Part shown: one piece after another, positions 1-12,158 of the stretch | Position numbering within the stretch: the stretch's first letter is position 1 | Layout: the number at the start of each line of letters is the position of its first letter | Source of the DNA: Octopus bimaculoides | Lineage: Eukaryota | DNA: 64,000 bases | Direction: 5' to 3' | NCBI RefSeq assembly: GCF_001194135.2 | Contig: NC_068984.1 | Span: 119,885,109 to 119,949,108 of the forward strand | Notes under the pieces: model-generated | Database searches by the model: none | Seen by the model: the letters and a program-made list of their open reading frames with translations, nothing else | Told to the model about the DNA's origin: nothing | Translations under genes and position numbers: made by a program

Positions 1-185
1 TTTAGTGGGATGGTCTACTCAACCTGAAGAAAATTCTAAATGGGCTCCACCTGCAAGGTCATGTGCTGTTATATCAGATGGGTAGTAATGATGGGTATAT
101 TGGGCTTTGTATAACTGTACCCCAATGTCACTTTGATGGCATGTGCTGCTCTCTCACTCAATAATAATAATAATGATGATAATAA
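1..185 (+). mobile_element. Probable 3' end of a non-LTR retroelement with an (AAT)n tail
   Basis: GC-richer unique sequence ending ctctctcactc followed directly by aataataataat. Confidence 0.35.
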
Positions 186-821
186 TATTGATATTCAGTT
201 TGATCTTTTTCTGGTTGATGCCTGTAGGTAAAAAAAAAAAATGAGAATAATCCAGAGAAATGTTTATTTGACAGATAAAGGTTTCCCTGGAGCATTTGAC
301 AGAAACCTTTATCTGATAGGAAAAGAAATTTGGGTGAAGTGAGGTACAGCATGGATGATGAAACATTATTTCTTGACAAGGGCCACAACTCAGTGATAGT
401 ACTAAGAATTGAATTTATGATTATGTAGTCAGTATCCGAGCACTTTAACTTTCATAGCCATTCTACTCCTTATTCACAGCTGCAAAACTGTATAGAATAT
501 TTCTGTTTGAATTTTTCCATTATTTGAGTCTTTGTAAGTTAACAATAAAACCATTAAAACCAAGTTTTGTAATTGTTTTGGTCTCGAGTTGTATTTAATC
601 ATTAAATAATGCCAGCTATAAGTAAGGTGAATAAAAACTATTTTTTTTTTTCTTTTTGACCTTTTTCTGCTTCAGCAGTCTATTTGAACCTAAATCAACA
701 AAACTTTGGACGGTGTGTTTTTTGTGCTTTTTTTTTTTTTACAATAATTATGTTATTGAGAACTCAATTAGATTCAATGTCGTTATGTTTGTCTTAGGTT
801 ATTTGTATTTTATTATTTCAG

Positions 822-893
822 GCTGGTCGAGTCGAAGCTCTTGATAAATTAGTGGTACAGAACGTCAAACAAATATATGAAGGGAAAAACTTG
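822..893 (+). CDS. Candidate internal coding exon (phase 0-0) of an unidentified host gene; AGRVEALDKLVVQNVKQIYEGKNL
   Basis: Pyrimidine-rich acceptor tattttattatttcAG and donor GTgagt; 72 nt with only one open frame; GC/CpG richer than the flanks. Confidence 0.55.
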
Positions 894-1474
894 GTGAGTT
901 ATTTATACTCAATATTTCTGATTATTATCTTAAAACATATAAATGGAAAATGAGGGAAGAGGGTGGCGGGAAAGAATCTTTTGATAGTCTTTTTTTTAAA
1001 TATTTTTTTTTGTAGTAATTTTGTTTGCAATGCTTCTTATAATGTAGAATGAAACTACAATGTCAGAAGATTTATGATTTGTGTACAACCAGATTGTGAA
1101 CTTAAGACATGAGTCATTGACTAATTAACTAATTAGACAGACATTTGTTTTTGTGACATTTCAACCAAGGCAGCCTGAAATGGTGAACTAAAATCTCTAT
1201 TGCCAATTCAAAAACAATTCCACTTCTCTGACTTTCAGAATTGAATGCTTTCTTAACAAATATGAAGTTCTTTTGTAATTTTATCTGATTATAAATATCT
1301 ACAGCATGATATCTATCGCATCACAACTTCCAGAGATTCACTCTGTGCTGAGCTGATTCTGTCACAAGCTTGGAAATAGATTGTCATTGTTGTTGTTGTC
1401 GACATCATCGTAGTCATCATCATCATCAGCTGCAGCAACATTGTTGCTATCATCATAATTTTTACATCTATTAG

Positions 1475-1800
1475 ACTTAGGAAGACATGGGAAGAGGTAG
1501 TGAAGCATGATCCTCGAACATTGGGCCTCACAGAGGCGATGACAAGTGACCAAGACCACTGGTAATATGCCGTTTTTTGAGAAGACTAATCAAGTCAAGT
1601 GAAATCATAGTTGTGGCCGATGCTGGTGTTATGTAACTGGTACCTGTACTGCTGCCACACAGAAGCTCCCGTGCAGGTGGCACGTGAAAAGTAACCAAAT
1701 CCACTCTTGGAGTGGTTGGTGTTAGGAAGGGCATCTAGCTGTAGAAACCATGCCAAACCAGACTGCAACTTGCAGGTCTCTGGCTTACTAGTTCCTCTTG
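1475..1800 (+). mobile_element. RTE-clade LINE 3' fragment (ORF2 C-terminus plus 3' UTR)
   Basis: Translates RKTWEEVVKHDPRTLGLTEAMTSDQDHW, the RTE ORF2 C-terminal motif (GRPRKTW..V..D...LGL...DR..W), followed by the UTR ggttggtgttaggaagggcatc. Confidence 0.7.
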
Positions 1801-2487
1801 CACAAGTTCCATATTCCTATGTATATGTGTGTGATTGTGCATGCTCATCATGACATCATACAATATTTGTAAACAATTGCCATCCTCCACACACATCATG
1901 TGTCTGTACCAGCAAAGTCTTATCTCCTGTACACCACACCTGATTTTATTATATCCTTATTAATCTATTGAAGTGTTGTACTCTTATTAATTTATGCTAC
2001 TCATGCTTGCACTATTATGCAAATTAGGCAGATCCATTTAGTTGTGTCTGAGGTTGTGTCTACTATAAATAGCTGTAAACTATTACTTTCTCTATAGTAT
2101 AACCAATCTTTGATGTACTAGTAGTAAATGCTAAAATCTGGTCAGATATGAAAACCTATAAGTTATTCTCCGTGTCTACTTTTTACAGCGAAGCTAAAAT
2201 CTATGTTTACCAAAAAAAAAAAAAAAAANNNNNNNNNNAAAAAAAAAAAAAAGAAACAAACAAAAGAACAAGAAAAATCATATGCTTATAAGTTTACCTT
2301 ACATTTCCACTAAGCATATTATTGTGTAGTTGTCTTATGTATGTATGTGTGTCTATGCATGCATATGTGTTTGCGTGTATTATATTTATTATATTTACAA
2401 TATATGTTATATATATATATGCTACATATATATTATATATACATATATATTATATGTACATATTATATATATATCTTATATATCTTA

Positions 2488-2900
2488 TCATCATCATTTA
2501 ACATCTGTGTTCCATGCTGGTTTGGGTTGGAGAGTTTGACTGGAAACTGGTAAGCAGGGGAGCTGCACAAAGTTCCAATCTCATTTGGTATTGTTTCTAT
2601 GGCTGGATGACCTTCCTAACACCAACCACCCCAAAAGTGTAGTGGGTACCTTTTACATGTCACTGGCACAGGTGCCAGTTACGTAATACCGGCATCAGCC
2701 ATGACTACTGTCTCACTTGGCTTGATAGGTCTTCTCAAGCATGGTATATTGTCAAAGGTCTCGGTTACTTGTCACTGTCACTGAGGCCCAAGACTTGAAT
2801 GGCACATTTTACGTGCCAGTTATGCAACACTGGCATTGGCCATGACTACAATTTCACTTGGTTTGATGGGTCTTCTCAAGTATGGCATATCGCCTAATGT
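2488..2900 (-). mobile_element. RTE-clade LINE 3' fragment with internal duplication
   Basis: (CAT)n tail then ctggatgaccttcctaacaccaaccac; the block at 2690-2790 recurs at about 2820-2900. Confidence 0.6.
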
Positions 2901-2989
2901 TCAAATGGAACCTTTTAATTGCCACTGACATGGGTGCTAGTTCCATGACACTTGCATCGGCTACAACTATGGTTTCACTAGGTGCAGGC

Positions 2990-3146
2990 ATTGCCATGTT
3001 GTAAGAAGCTTGCTTCCTAACACATGATTCCTGGTACATTCCCACTGCATAGCATCATGGGTAGGTGTCTTCTACTATAGCTTTGGGTCAACCAAAGCCT
3101 TGTGAGTAAATTTGGTAGATGGAAACTGAAAAAGACCTGTTATATA
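2990..3146 (+). mobile_element. Family-A SINE 5' half, interrupted by the mariner
   Basis: gtcttctactatagc...ccaaagccttgtgagtaaatttggtagatggaaactgaaa core shared with the other family-A copies. Confidence 0.6.
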
Positions 3147-3147
3147 C

Positions 3148-4478
3148 ATTGGGTCATCCCATAAATAATGCGTTTTTGTTTTAGATACCTTTTATTTTTC
3201 AAAATGAAGATAAGTTCTTTTTTAATGAAGTTCTTTTTTAATGAGTTCTTTTTTAATGAAGATAAGTTCTTTTTTAATATAAAATATACTTTTCTTCATT
3301 TTTTACAATGTTCTTCCATCTATCTGGTCAGCTTGCAAAGCTCCTCTTGCAAAATTCACTTGTCTGTGATGAAAAATACTCCTCCAGTACTGTTCAGACA
3401 TTGTCTACAGAATTCATATTTTTTTCTGTCCAAATGATTTTGAAGACTGCAGAATAAATGATAATCAGATGGGGCAATGTCTGGCGAATATGGTGAGTGG
3501 GGCATCATTTCCCATTCAAACTGCTCTAGCCTTTGGAATGTCATCTTCACTGTATGTAGCCGAGCATTATCCTGATGGAAGAACACTTTTTTATCTTAAA
3601 ACCAAAGATGATCATTTTTCTTCTCTCACAGACTTAAGCCTCTCAATCTGCTTGCAGTAGATCTCATCTGTTATTGTCTGGTTTGGGTTTAAAGGTTCAA
3701 AGTGGACTAAACCTTTCATATCCCACGAAACAGACAACAACACCTTACGTGGGTGAAGACCTTCTTTAGCCTGGGGTGTCAGAGTTTCTCCTTTCCCTAC
3801 CCACTGTCTTTGGCACTTGACATTTTTATAGAGAACCTATTTCTTGTCACCAGTCACTATTCGGTTCAAAAAAGGTTCATTTGTGAGACATGACAGCAAA
3901 GAAGAGCACACATTCACTCTATGCGTGCGATTAGACTCGGAAGGTTTGTGAGGAACCCATTGACCCAATTTGCTGACTTTTCAAATGGCATGCAGGTGTT
4001 GATGAATGACTGAATGACCAAAACTAAGCTTCTCTGCTAGTTCCTCAACAAGTACGAAGGGATTTTGTTCCACAAGGGTTTGAAAGACATCCTTGTGGAG
4101 CTCTACAGATGTTCCAGGATGAGGCTTGCCTTCTAGGCTGTAGTTTCCAACTCGGAATTTCTGGAACTACTGTTGACACTGGCTTATGCTTTTTGTCCGA
4201 TCCCTATATACTGCATTAATATTCCTTACGCTTTCCATTGCATTGTTATCTTTATTGAACTCATAAAGCAAAATATGCTCCTTTGTCACTTCCATTATAG
4301 GTTTGAAAAATAATTGTTAAAATCGAACAGCACTCTTCAAAACTTGCACTAAGAATAAGCACAAGGTAAAATTACTACCTGCTTTTATAGCAAGTTGATG
4401 CAGGTAGTTTATCCTGTCCCCCTCTGACTTTTAGTTCATGCAATTGAAAAAACTGCATTATTAATGGGATGACACAAT
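3148..4478 (-). mobile_element. Full-length degenerate mariner (DD34D) DNA transposon, about 1.33 kb
   Basis: TIRs ttgggtcatcccataaataatgc (from 3149) and gcattattaatgggatgacacaa (to about 4477), with TA flanks. Minus-strand frames give HILLYEFNK, GQWVPHK, RIVTGDK, FHQDNARLH and HSPYSPDIAPSDYHLF, with several stops. Confidence 0.9.
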
Positions 4479-4497
4479 ATATATATATATATATATT

Positions 4498-4568
<71 letters not shown>
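4478..4568. repeat. (TA)n microsatellite; representative of many (TA)n, (CA/TG)n, (GA)n, (TATC)n, (TCCA)n, (AAT)n and (GAT)n tracts in the window
   Basis: Directly visible; most N gaps abut such tracts. Confidence 0.95.
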
Positions 4569-4572
<4 letters not shown>

Positions 4573-4997
4573 AACTTCATCTTGTTGAACCATTAATCCC
4601 TACACATTTTTTTTTCTCTCACTGATTTCTTTTTTTTCTTTCTCCATTTTTTCCTTCTCAACCCTTTCTGTCAATGTGTGTAGGTTTGAAACATCAAAGA
4701 CTTTTCCATTCTTCCCGAGTATTAAACTTATACACCTGCTTGTTGTTCCCTGACCTGTCTTCATCATTTGTTTCCAGTAAATTTCTGTATACATGTGTGT
4801 ATCTTTGTGTCTGTGTTTGTCAACCACTGCAATATATGTATTGAATGTTTATTGAAATGAAGCTGACAACATTTCAAAAGTTTATAGAAGAAACACACAG
4901 AAATAAGAAATGTGTTTAAACCTATAAATACCATGCAAACCATTACAACCAGAACCATGGCTGGTTACTGTTGCTTGGCTAAAAATAATTCTTATAG

Positions 4998-5046
4998 AAT
5001 ATAAGAATAACCTTAAGCTTCTTGAGATTGTTGGACAAATGAACAG
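4998..5046 (+). CDS. Candidate exon (phase 1-2); xYKNNLKLLEIVGQMNx
   Basis: Acceptor ttcttatAG, weak donor GTcaat; phase-compatible with 6962-7169. Confidence 0.25.
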
Positions 5047-6283
5047 GTCAATTCTTCTTTCTAATCATACGAAATATTTTAAGTTTGGATATCAAAACTA
5101 CTGGATTGATATCAGAGATTAAGTCAGAAATCAGTCAGTTGAAATCTGTGTTCTTTTGTATGCCATCTCTTCAAATGGATTACTTGGTTTTGGATGTAGC
5201 TTGTTATGATGAAAGAACTTCTCTTGAGAGATGTGCTGGAATGGATTCTATTCTAATTTCCTTCTCTTGATAAGCATGAACATTTTTGAAAGGTTTTTAA
5301 AGTGGGGAATACAAAAACTATGTCTTGTTTCTTAACTTCTTCGCTTTCTTCTGTTTTGGAATAGAAATATGTATTTTATCTTTAATCTCTTAGTATATAC
5401 ATAACATTTCAGAAGTTCATGTCAAGGGTCAAAATTAACTGGATTCTTTTATCTTTGTAATATTGTAATATTCTTACTACTCAAACTATATATAGAATAC
5501 ATATTTCTCATTGTAGTCTTCCATTTGCAATGCAATTCTGTTTGTTCAGTCCCAGCTCATCCTTGATTGAGTAGACCAATGATACAAGTGTACCAACCAG
5601 TTGTGACCATCCCATATTTTTTCTAGATAGAGTATATCTAGGACTACTATATTATTCAATGTCTCCTTTCTCTTTTGAAGAGGTTAGAGTGTAGCTTAAT
5701 TGAGATTTGGTTGCTGTTTCTAGCAGATCAGGTGGCAACATGAAGACTCCCTCATTAGCTTGTTTAATGTCTATCTTATTGCATGTAGTTCCATATATAC
5801 TTCCTCTTTGCATTACTTCACACCACAAAGGTGACACTAACAGAATTGTTAGTGTGTTGGAAAAAATGCTTTGAGTTCAAATCCTACCAAGGTCAGTTTT
5901 GCCTTTCATCCTTTTGGGGTTGATAAAATAAAGTACAATGATGATGATGATGATATATATGCCAGCATGGAACATGGACATTAAATGATGATAATGATGA
6001 TACATATACTCAGAGCTAAGACTCTTTTTTGCATATTGTTTTCTTTTGTTTCTGGTGTTGCTTGTTCACATGACCTCCTATGAGGAGGCTTCTTGCAAAA
6101 ATGCAAAATATGCCTTAGAATTTGACAGCCATTACTTGCGTGTGCTACATTTGTGTGCTGATGTATTAGTTATTTAGCAGCAATAACTTTGCACATTTAC
6201 AAAAGAAAACAAGTGAAAAGTAAAGATGACTTGACTAAGTAACTTATCATGTCTTAACTTTTGTTCCTCAGTTTATCTTATTT

Positions 6284-6330
<47 letters not shown>

Positions 6331-6961
6331 GTCTATCTTCTTACTGGGCAATAGTTTTGTGGAAAAGCCAATCGGTCTATGTTTGTCTTAGCAGTATTGT
6401 AGATCAGAACTAGACAGCTACCTGTACAACTTCTTTTCCATTCACTATCTATAAACTTCCTCCAACTGACGTTTATAATCGTTACATGTGGGAAAATCTT
6501 TGGAAAGGCTGTATTTCCAAGTGATTTTCTTTTCATTCATGCTGCTTAATCACATGAAGAAAGAAAATAAAAACAAAAAGAAAAGCTTAAAAAAACCCAG
6601 CAAGCAAAAACAAAGCAAAAACAAAACAAAAAAAAACTAGCTATTATCCTTGCTATCAGACATTTTTCTGCAAGCAGGCTTTAAAAAGAAGAAGGAATCG
6701 ATAATGTTTTATTTACATTTCTTTTGTTCTTATCTAATTATTTTCCCTTTTATTTCAATGCAGATGCTAGAATACAGGTTACACAGCGTATGTGTTAATT
6801 CAACACTGTTTTTTTTGCAGGCCCCTTATTTACCTCTTTTTCTAAATATAAAGCAGTGACTATAGACCGAAATATGGTACAGGTCTCTCAAAACCATTAA
6901 TTGCTGAACACGTTTTGGAAAAGAAATATTCTAAGTTCAACTTATCAATGCATTAAACCAG

Positions 6962-7169
6962 CAAAACCATCGAACTTCAATATGCATTGAAGCAATATTA
7001 TTCATCTGATGATAAACTATCTTTGTTGCTGGAAAAGTCTCTGGAGTGTTTTCTGCTTAAAAAACACAGAGTTAAGTGTAATGAGCCAAAAAGCAATTTG
7101 AAAATTTCTCTTGTGTGCTTTGTGTGTAAAGAAATTAGCATAAAGAGTAGGCTAACATTACTGGTTGCA
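6962..7169 (+). CDS. Candidate exon (phase 2-0); KTIELQYALKQYYSSDDKLSLLLEKSLECFLLKKHRVKC...RLTLLVA
   Basis: 69 stop-free codons in AT-rich DNA; acceptor aaaccAG, donor GTgagt; overlaps ORF 6987-7199. Confidence 0.35.
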
Positions 7170-7994
7170 GTGAGTCAAAAAGTATTTTTAATCAAGTGAA
7201 ATTAAATTCATAATGAGAAGAAAAGCCATTAGTATTAATGTCAATTCTTGTAAAAAGGAGGCAAGGGAGTGAACTTTGAAATTAAATAGATTAAAAATTA
7301 AATTGATTACACTGTGCAACATGATTTTTGTCCTTGGATAGCAACTGTTGTTTCCTATTTGCTTACCCCTAGAAAGTATGAAAAATGGTTAATATTTCCA
7401 TCAAATTTTGTTTTTGTTACATTTATTCAAGCCCTAAAGAATCCCTCTCAAGACATGGTTATTATGCTCCCCCACTACTCCTGCTCATGATCAGAGATGC
7501 ACATATTGTCAGCTACTAAGGGACATGCTTAAGTGGTTAAGGTCAAGCAAGTGACAAGCAAATCTGTAGTATTGAGCAAAATATTTGCTATAATGATGTT
7601 CCTGCTTCAGTAACTCAGTACTGAATCCATCTTAAATGTAATGGAAAATAAGTCAGTTTCAAAACATTGCTGAACAGGTCATAAAAGCAAAATTTGAAGG
7701 GAATAGTAATCATTTCCTTTGATTTCTAGGTAGAAGCAAATAAGAAATAACACTTACTGACCAAGGACAAAAAATTGAAAAATAAAAATAAAAATTTTGT
7801 TACACAGGGTTATGACTTCACTGAGGAGGTCTAACAAAACTGAAACATGTTTAGAGATTGTCACCCCAGCTACCAAATATCAGGATTGATTCATCTTTTC
7901 ATATCACTATTGAATTGTTAAGCAGTTTATATTTTAGAGTTCTTTCCCTTTGACTCTCTTGGCAAAAATTATTGCTCAAGTTCATAAGAAAGTT

Positions 7995-8180
7995 GTAGAC
8001 AAGTATTGCCATCATATCATAAAAGTGATGTTGGTTATTTCTATTCTTCATATTGAAAAATACGAGTATTGCCATCATATCATACATGTGATGTTGATAC
8101 ATGTGTATCATACATATACATGAGTGTTGCTATCATATCATAGAAGTGATGTTGATTATTTCTATTTTTCATATTGCAAA
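7995..8180 (+). repeat. Imperfect tandem duplication of a roughly 60-bp unit
   Basis: gtattgccatcatatcat...gtgatgttg recurs three times. Confidence 0.7.
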
Positions 8181-8500
8181 ATATGTCTGGCCTTGAAGAA
8201 ATTTTACCTTGCTTGGAAGCAGGTAAATATTGGCACCAGGAAGAGCATCCAGCTGTAGAAAATCTGCCTCAATAAACTCCATTTGACCCATGCAAGCATG
8301 GAAAAGGGAACATTAAATGATAATGATGATGATAGTTACTTGTGAAATCCTATTTGAACTGAAAACTCTTTCTAAAGTATGATTTGAAAAAAAAAAAATT
8401 TCTAAAATATTGCCAATGCGATCAAGTTTATGGCTTCTAGAAAATATTTCATATTTATTTGTAATATCAGTATCATAACTAGTCCTAAAGTCATTTTTAG

Positions 8501-8561
8501 AAAGATTGCTTTAAGGATTGCTTTAAAGATTGCTTTAAAGATTGCTTTAAAGATTGCTTTA
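8501..8561 (+). repeat. 12-bp tandem repeat (aagattgcttta) x5
   Basis: Directly visible. Confidence 0.9.
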
Positions 8562-8724
8562 TGATTTTATGATATTTCTTGATAACATTTTCAAGCAGTC
8601 AAGCTTATTTTTCTCTCTCTTCCTTGCAGCTTTGAAGATAATTTTTAGTTAATCTAGAATTAAAACTGTGGCAGTTGATGTAGCTTGTGTCTTATACACA
8701 AGGGAGCACAATAATGAATTACTA

Positions 8725-9125
8725 TAGTGATGGCTGTGATGTTAAGAAGTTTATTTTCCAACTGCATGGTTTCTGGTTCAGTCCTGCTGTGCAGCAGCTT
8801 GGAAAAGTGTCTTCCTATTGTTCCAAGCTGACTAAAGCTTTTTGTGTGTATCTAGTTGAAATTTAAAAGAAGTCTGTGTGTGTATGTGCATTTGTGCCTC
8901 CTTGTCTTGACACCATGTGATAGCTCTGTTAAATGTTACTGTCATTCAAGCAGTGTTCTTCATTTCAATCTTCTGTGTAAACATGTCCAGCCATGGGGGG
9001 AGATATTACCATGCCTGGAAACAGGTTGATGACAAAAAGGGGCATCCAGCCATAGAAAAATTTATCTCAGTGAATTTTGTTTGCTCTATGCATGCATGGA
9101 AAAATGGATGTAAAACAATGATGGT
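8725..9125 (+). mobile_element. Family-A' SINE (family-A head with an RTE-type tail), diverged
   Basis: Head ggttcagtcc...aagtgtcttc and tail ggcatccagccatagaaa...gcatggaaaaatggatgtaaaacaatgatg. Confidence 0.55.
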
Positions 9126-9179
9126 GGCGGTAGCGGTGATGGCGGCGGTGGCACCATCAGTGGCTGTTGTTCCTATAAA

Positions 9180-9948
9180 CTTAGAAAATGGGTGCCTCAC
9201 GAATTGTCCGAAAGCAACCGCAAATCCCAAGTTGACATCTGCTCTTCTCTCCATTCTTGCGAACTCATTTCACCCTTTTTGGATAGACTTTTGACTGGTG
9301 ACGAAAAATGGATCTTCTATCGAAATGTTAAATGTTGTAAACAGTTGCTTGGTAAAAGTGAAAAAACTCAACCACAACCGAGAAGGGAACTTCATGGGAA
9401 AAAGTTTCTTCTCTCTATCTGGTGGGATTGTAAAGGAGTAATTCACTTTGAATTGTTACTACCTAATGCAACAATCAATGCTCATGTCTACTGTCAGCAA
9501 TTAGAGCATTTGAACCAAGCTTTGAAGAAAAAAAGACCCGCTTTAATGAATCGAAAAGGAGTGATGTTTCATCAGGACAATGCGCAACCCCACACTGCAA
9601 AAGATCACATCACAAAAGATCAAAGAGCTTGGTTGGGAAAAAATTCCTCATCTATCTTATTTTCCCGACTTTGCTCCTTCAGACTACATTTGTTTCAAAG
9701 TTTACAGAATCATTTGGGGGACATAACTTTCGCAAGCCAGGAGGAGGTGGAAACTGACATTTCAGAGTTCTTCGCTTTGAAACCAAAAGAGTTTTACATT
9801 GATGGGATTAAAAAGCTTGTAAATAGATGGAAGGAAGTCATAGATAATCAGGGAAAGTACATTGATGATTAAATCTCAATTAAACATAACATTTCATCAC
9901 TTGTTTTCTTTATTCAAAATTCAGACAGAACTTATGGGATGATCTGAT
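9180..9948 (+). mobile_element. 5'-truncated mariner transposon (catalytic-domain ORF 9192-9872)
   Basis: WVPHEL, LTGDEKW, WWDCKG and FHQDNAQPH motifs; ends GKYIDD*; 3' TIR cttatgggatgatctgata; internal compensating frameshifts. Confidence 0.9.
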
Positions 9949-10199
9949 ACATGCACATTAATTTCATGAGCAGGTTGTTCTGTTGATCAGATCAGTTGGA
10001 ACATTCATCATTGTAACCGATGGAATGCCATTGGTTGAACTTCTAGCTTGATACCATGTCTATTTATATACTTTTAGAATATATGTTGCTGTTATTTAAA
10101 CCTAGCTCAACACTGACTAAGCAAACCCATGATCAATAGTATTCCATCCTCTTGTACTTTGTTTTCTTTTTCTCTTGGGCATTACGTATTTAGAGTAAG

Positions 10200-10581
10200 T
10201 GGAGGCGCAATGGCCCAGTGGTTAGGGTAGCGGACTCGTGGTCATAGAATCGCGGTTTTGATTCCCAGACCGGGCGTTGTGAGTGTTTATTGAGCAAAAA
10301 TACCTAAAGCTCCACAAGGCTCCGGCAGGGGAGGGTGGCGAACCCTGCTGTACTCTTTCACCACAACTTTCTCTCACTCTTACTTCCTGTTTCTGTTGTG
10401 CCTGTAATTCAAAGGGTCAGCCTTGTCACACTGTGTCACGCTGAATATCCCCGAGAACTATGTTAAGGGTACACATGTCTGTGGAGTGCTCAACCGCTTG
10501 CACATTAATTTCACGAGCAGGCTGTTCCGTTGATCGGATCAACTGGAACCCTCAACGTTGTAAGTGACGGAGTGCCAACAA
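10200..10581 (+). mobile_element. Young tRNA(Arg-like)-derived SINE, family B
   Basis: A box tggcccagtggtt, anticodon-like gactcgtgg and B-box-like ggttttgattcc; CpG-rich; 3' part cagccttgtcacac...gacggagtgccaac shared with the B' copies. Confidence 0.8.
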
Positions 10582-11879
10582 ATATGTATTTAGAGCTAAA
10601 TTATCCAAACATCCCTCTGTTTTCAAAACTGCAGGGTGTATTTTGAGGGAGATTTGGATGTTATTTCCTGCAAATTGATTAACCCTCGTAGATGTTTCCT
10701 TGTTGGCTCACATCACAATATATCTGAAGGAAAGTTGTTAGACGAGACAATAAACATCAGAATGAAAGACTATTTGCAATGTATCCTCTGTTGTTTGGGT
10801 AACAACATATGCAGGTACCGAGAAGCAGATTAGCGAACTGATTGGTACATTTATTTTTCTTCTTAAAAATGAAAGCTAAATATATATCCTTTTTGATTCT
10901 CCATGAGGGATTGTGCTGTGATCAAGATCAAAAAGAAATATTTACTCACAATAATACTGTGGATTTGTAAAGAATTCTGAAAAGACTTAAAAAATGTTAC
11001 AATTTTTTTTTTTCCATTGTTTTGTTTTAGATTCATTGAGCCTGAGGAGATAAAGATTCATCAATCTTTTGATCTTAGTGTAATATTGTTCTGAAAATAG
11101 GTTGGAAAAACAGGAAAGTCATCACGGTCGTTAGCATAGTTAGTTGACTACAGGCAAACTTCAAGAAAGTACTTTATGAACAACAAGAAATGTTAAATAG
11201 CACAAGACTCAGAATTAAACTTTGATGTATGCTACATTTGAAGTTCAAGGAATCAAAGAATATGTTTGTTATGATGACTTTCTGTGATCTTCCTTTGAGA
11301 AAAGAATGACACCATTTCAGAACAGAACTAACAGTCAACAATACTTCCTTGGAAATGTCATATAAAATGTCATGGTCTCCAGCACTAAACGAACGTTATG
11401 GTATTTCTGAATATCAAGGGAAAGTGTGATGATTGTCAATATACATTTCGTGAAGTACATAAAAATTATAAATTCAGTCAGTTAGAAATATGGCTTGCAG
11501 GAAAGTTACGATTAAGGTCAGTTAAAAATAAAAATAACTTAACCCACTTAATTCCAATAATATTTCCAGTTATTATGGATATATTTAGAAATTTAGGAGA
11601 AAAGGAGATCAAATGGATATACTAAGCAATCTCTGGGGAAAAGGATCAAACAATCCAAGTAGTTAAGAAAACCATGTCAGGAGGACAGGAATGGGTAAAG
11701 TTGCCTCAGATTTCAAATTCCTGAGAAGTAACAAATCACATCATTGTTGTTGTCATCATCATCATCATCTTCATTCATCATCCACCATCATTTTTTCATG
11801 CTTGTTTGGGTTGAGGTAGATTTTTGACAGCAGGATGCCCTTCTTGTTACCAACCCTCACCTGATTCCAAGTAAAATAA

Positions 11880-12032
11880 TATTTCATTATTTATATTATT
11901 TACATTTGATGGATATTTGTCTTCATCTTGTTTGTTGTTAGCACAACGTTTCGGCTGATAGACCCTCCACCCTTCATCAGGTGTCTTGGGGAAATTTCGA
12001 ACCTGGGTTCTCATTCCTAAGGTATTTTTTGA

Positions 12033-12069
<37 letters not shown>

Positions 12070-12156
12070 GCTATTATTATTCTGGTCACTGCCTGGAATC
12101 GAACTCGGAATCTTGAGGTTAGTAGCCCGTGCTCTGAACCACTACACTATATGCCC
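11880..12156 (-). mobile_element. tRNA-headed SINE with an (AAT)n linker and a hammerhead-ribozyme-containing tail (complete copy)
   Basis: Minus strand: gggcatatagtgtagtggtt (A box), gagttcgattcc (B box), (AAT)n, then a tail carrying CTGATGA...GAAACGTT. Confidence 0.75.
11940..11985 (-). ncRNA. Minimal type-I hammerhead ribozyme motif (Penelope-type)
   Basis: gacac-CTGATGA-agggtg(gagggtctat)cagcc-GAAA-CGTT-gtgct: conserved core, stem I gacac/gtgct, stem II ggStg/cagcc and a palindromic ACGT stem III. Confidence 0.65.
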
Positions 12157-12158
12157 AT

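Noticed and set aside
1475-1561. Apparent host exon with AG/GT boundaries (LRKTWEEVVKHDPRTLGLTEAMTSDQDHW)
   Set aside because: It is the RTE LINE ORF2 C-terminus; homologous reverse-strand copies occur elsewhere in the window.
9192-9872. Domesticated SETMAR-like gene
   Set aside because: There is no SET domain or splice link, the N-terminus is missing, the 3' TIR is retained and the YSPDL/Asp region is frameshifted.
12084-12156. Functional tRNA-Ser gene
   Set aside because: The acceptor and anticodon stems are imperfect and it is fused to a repeat tail; it is a SINE head.
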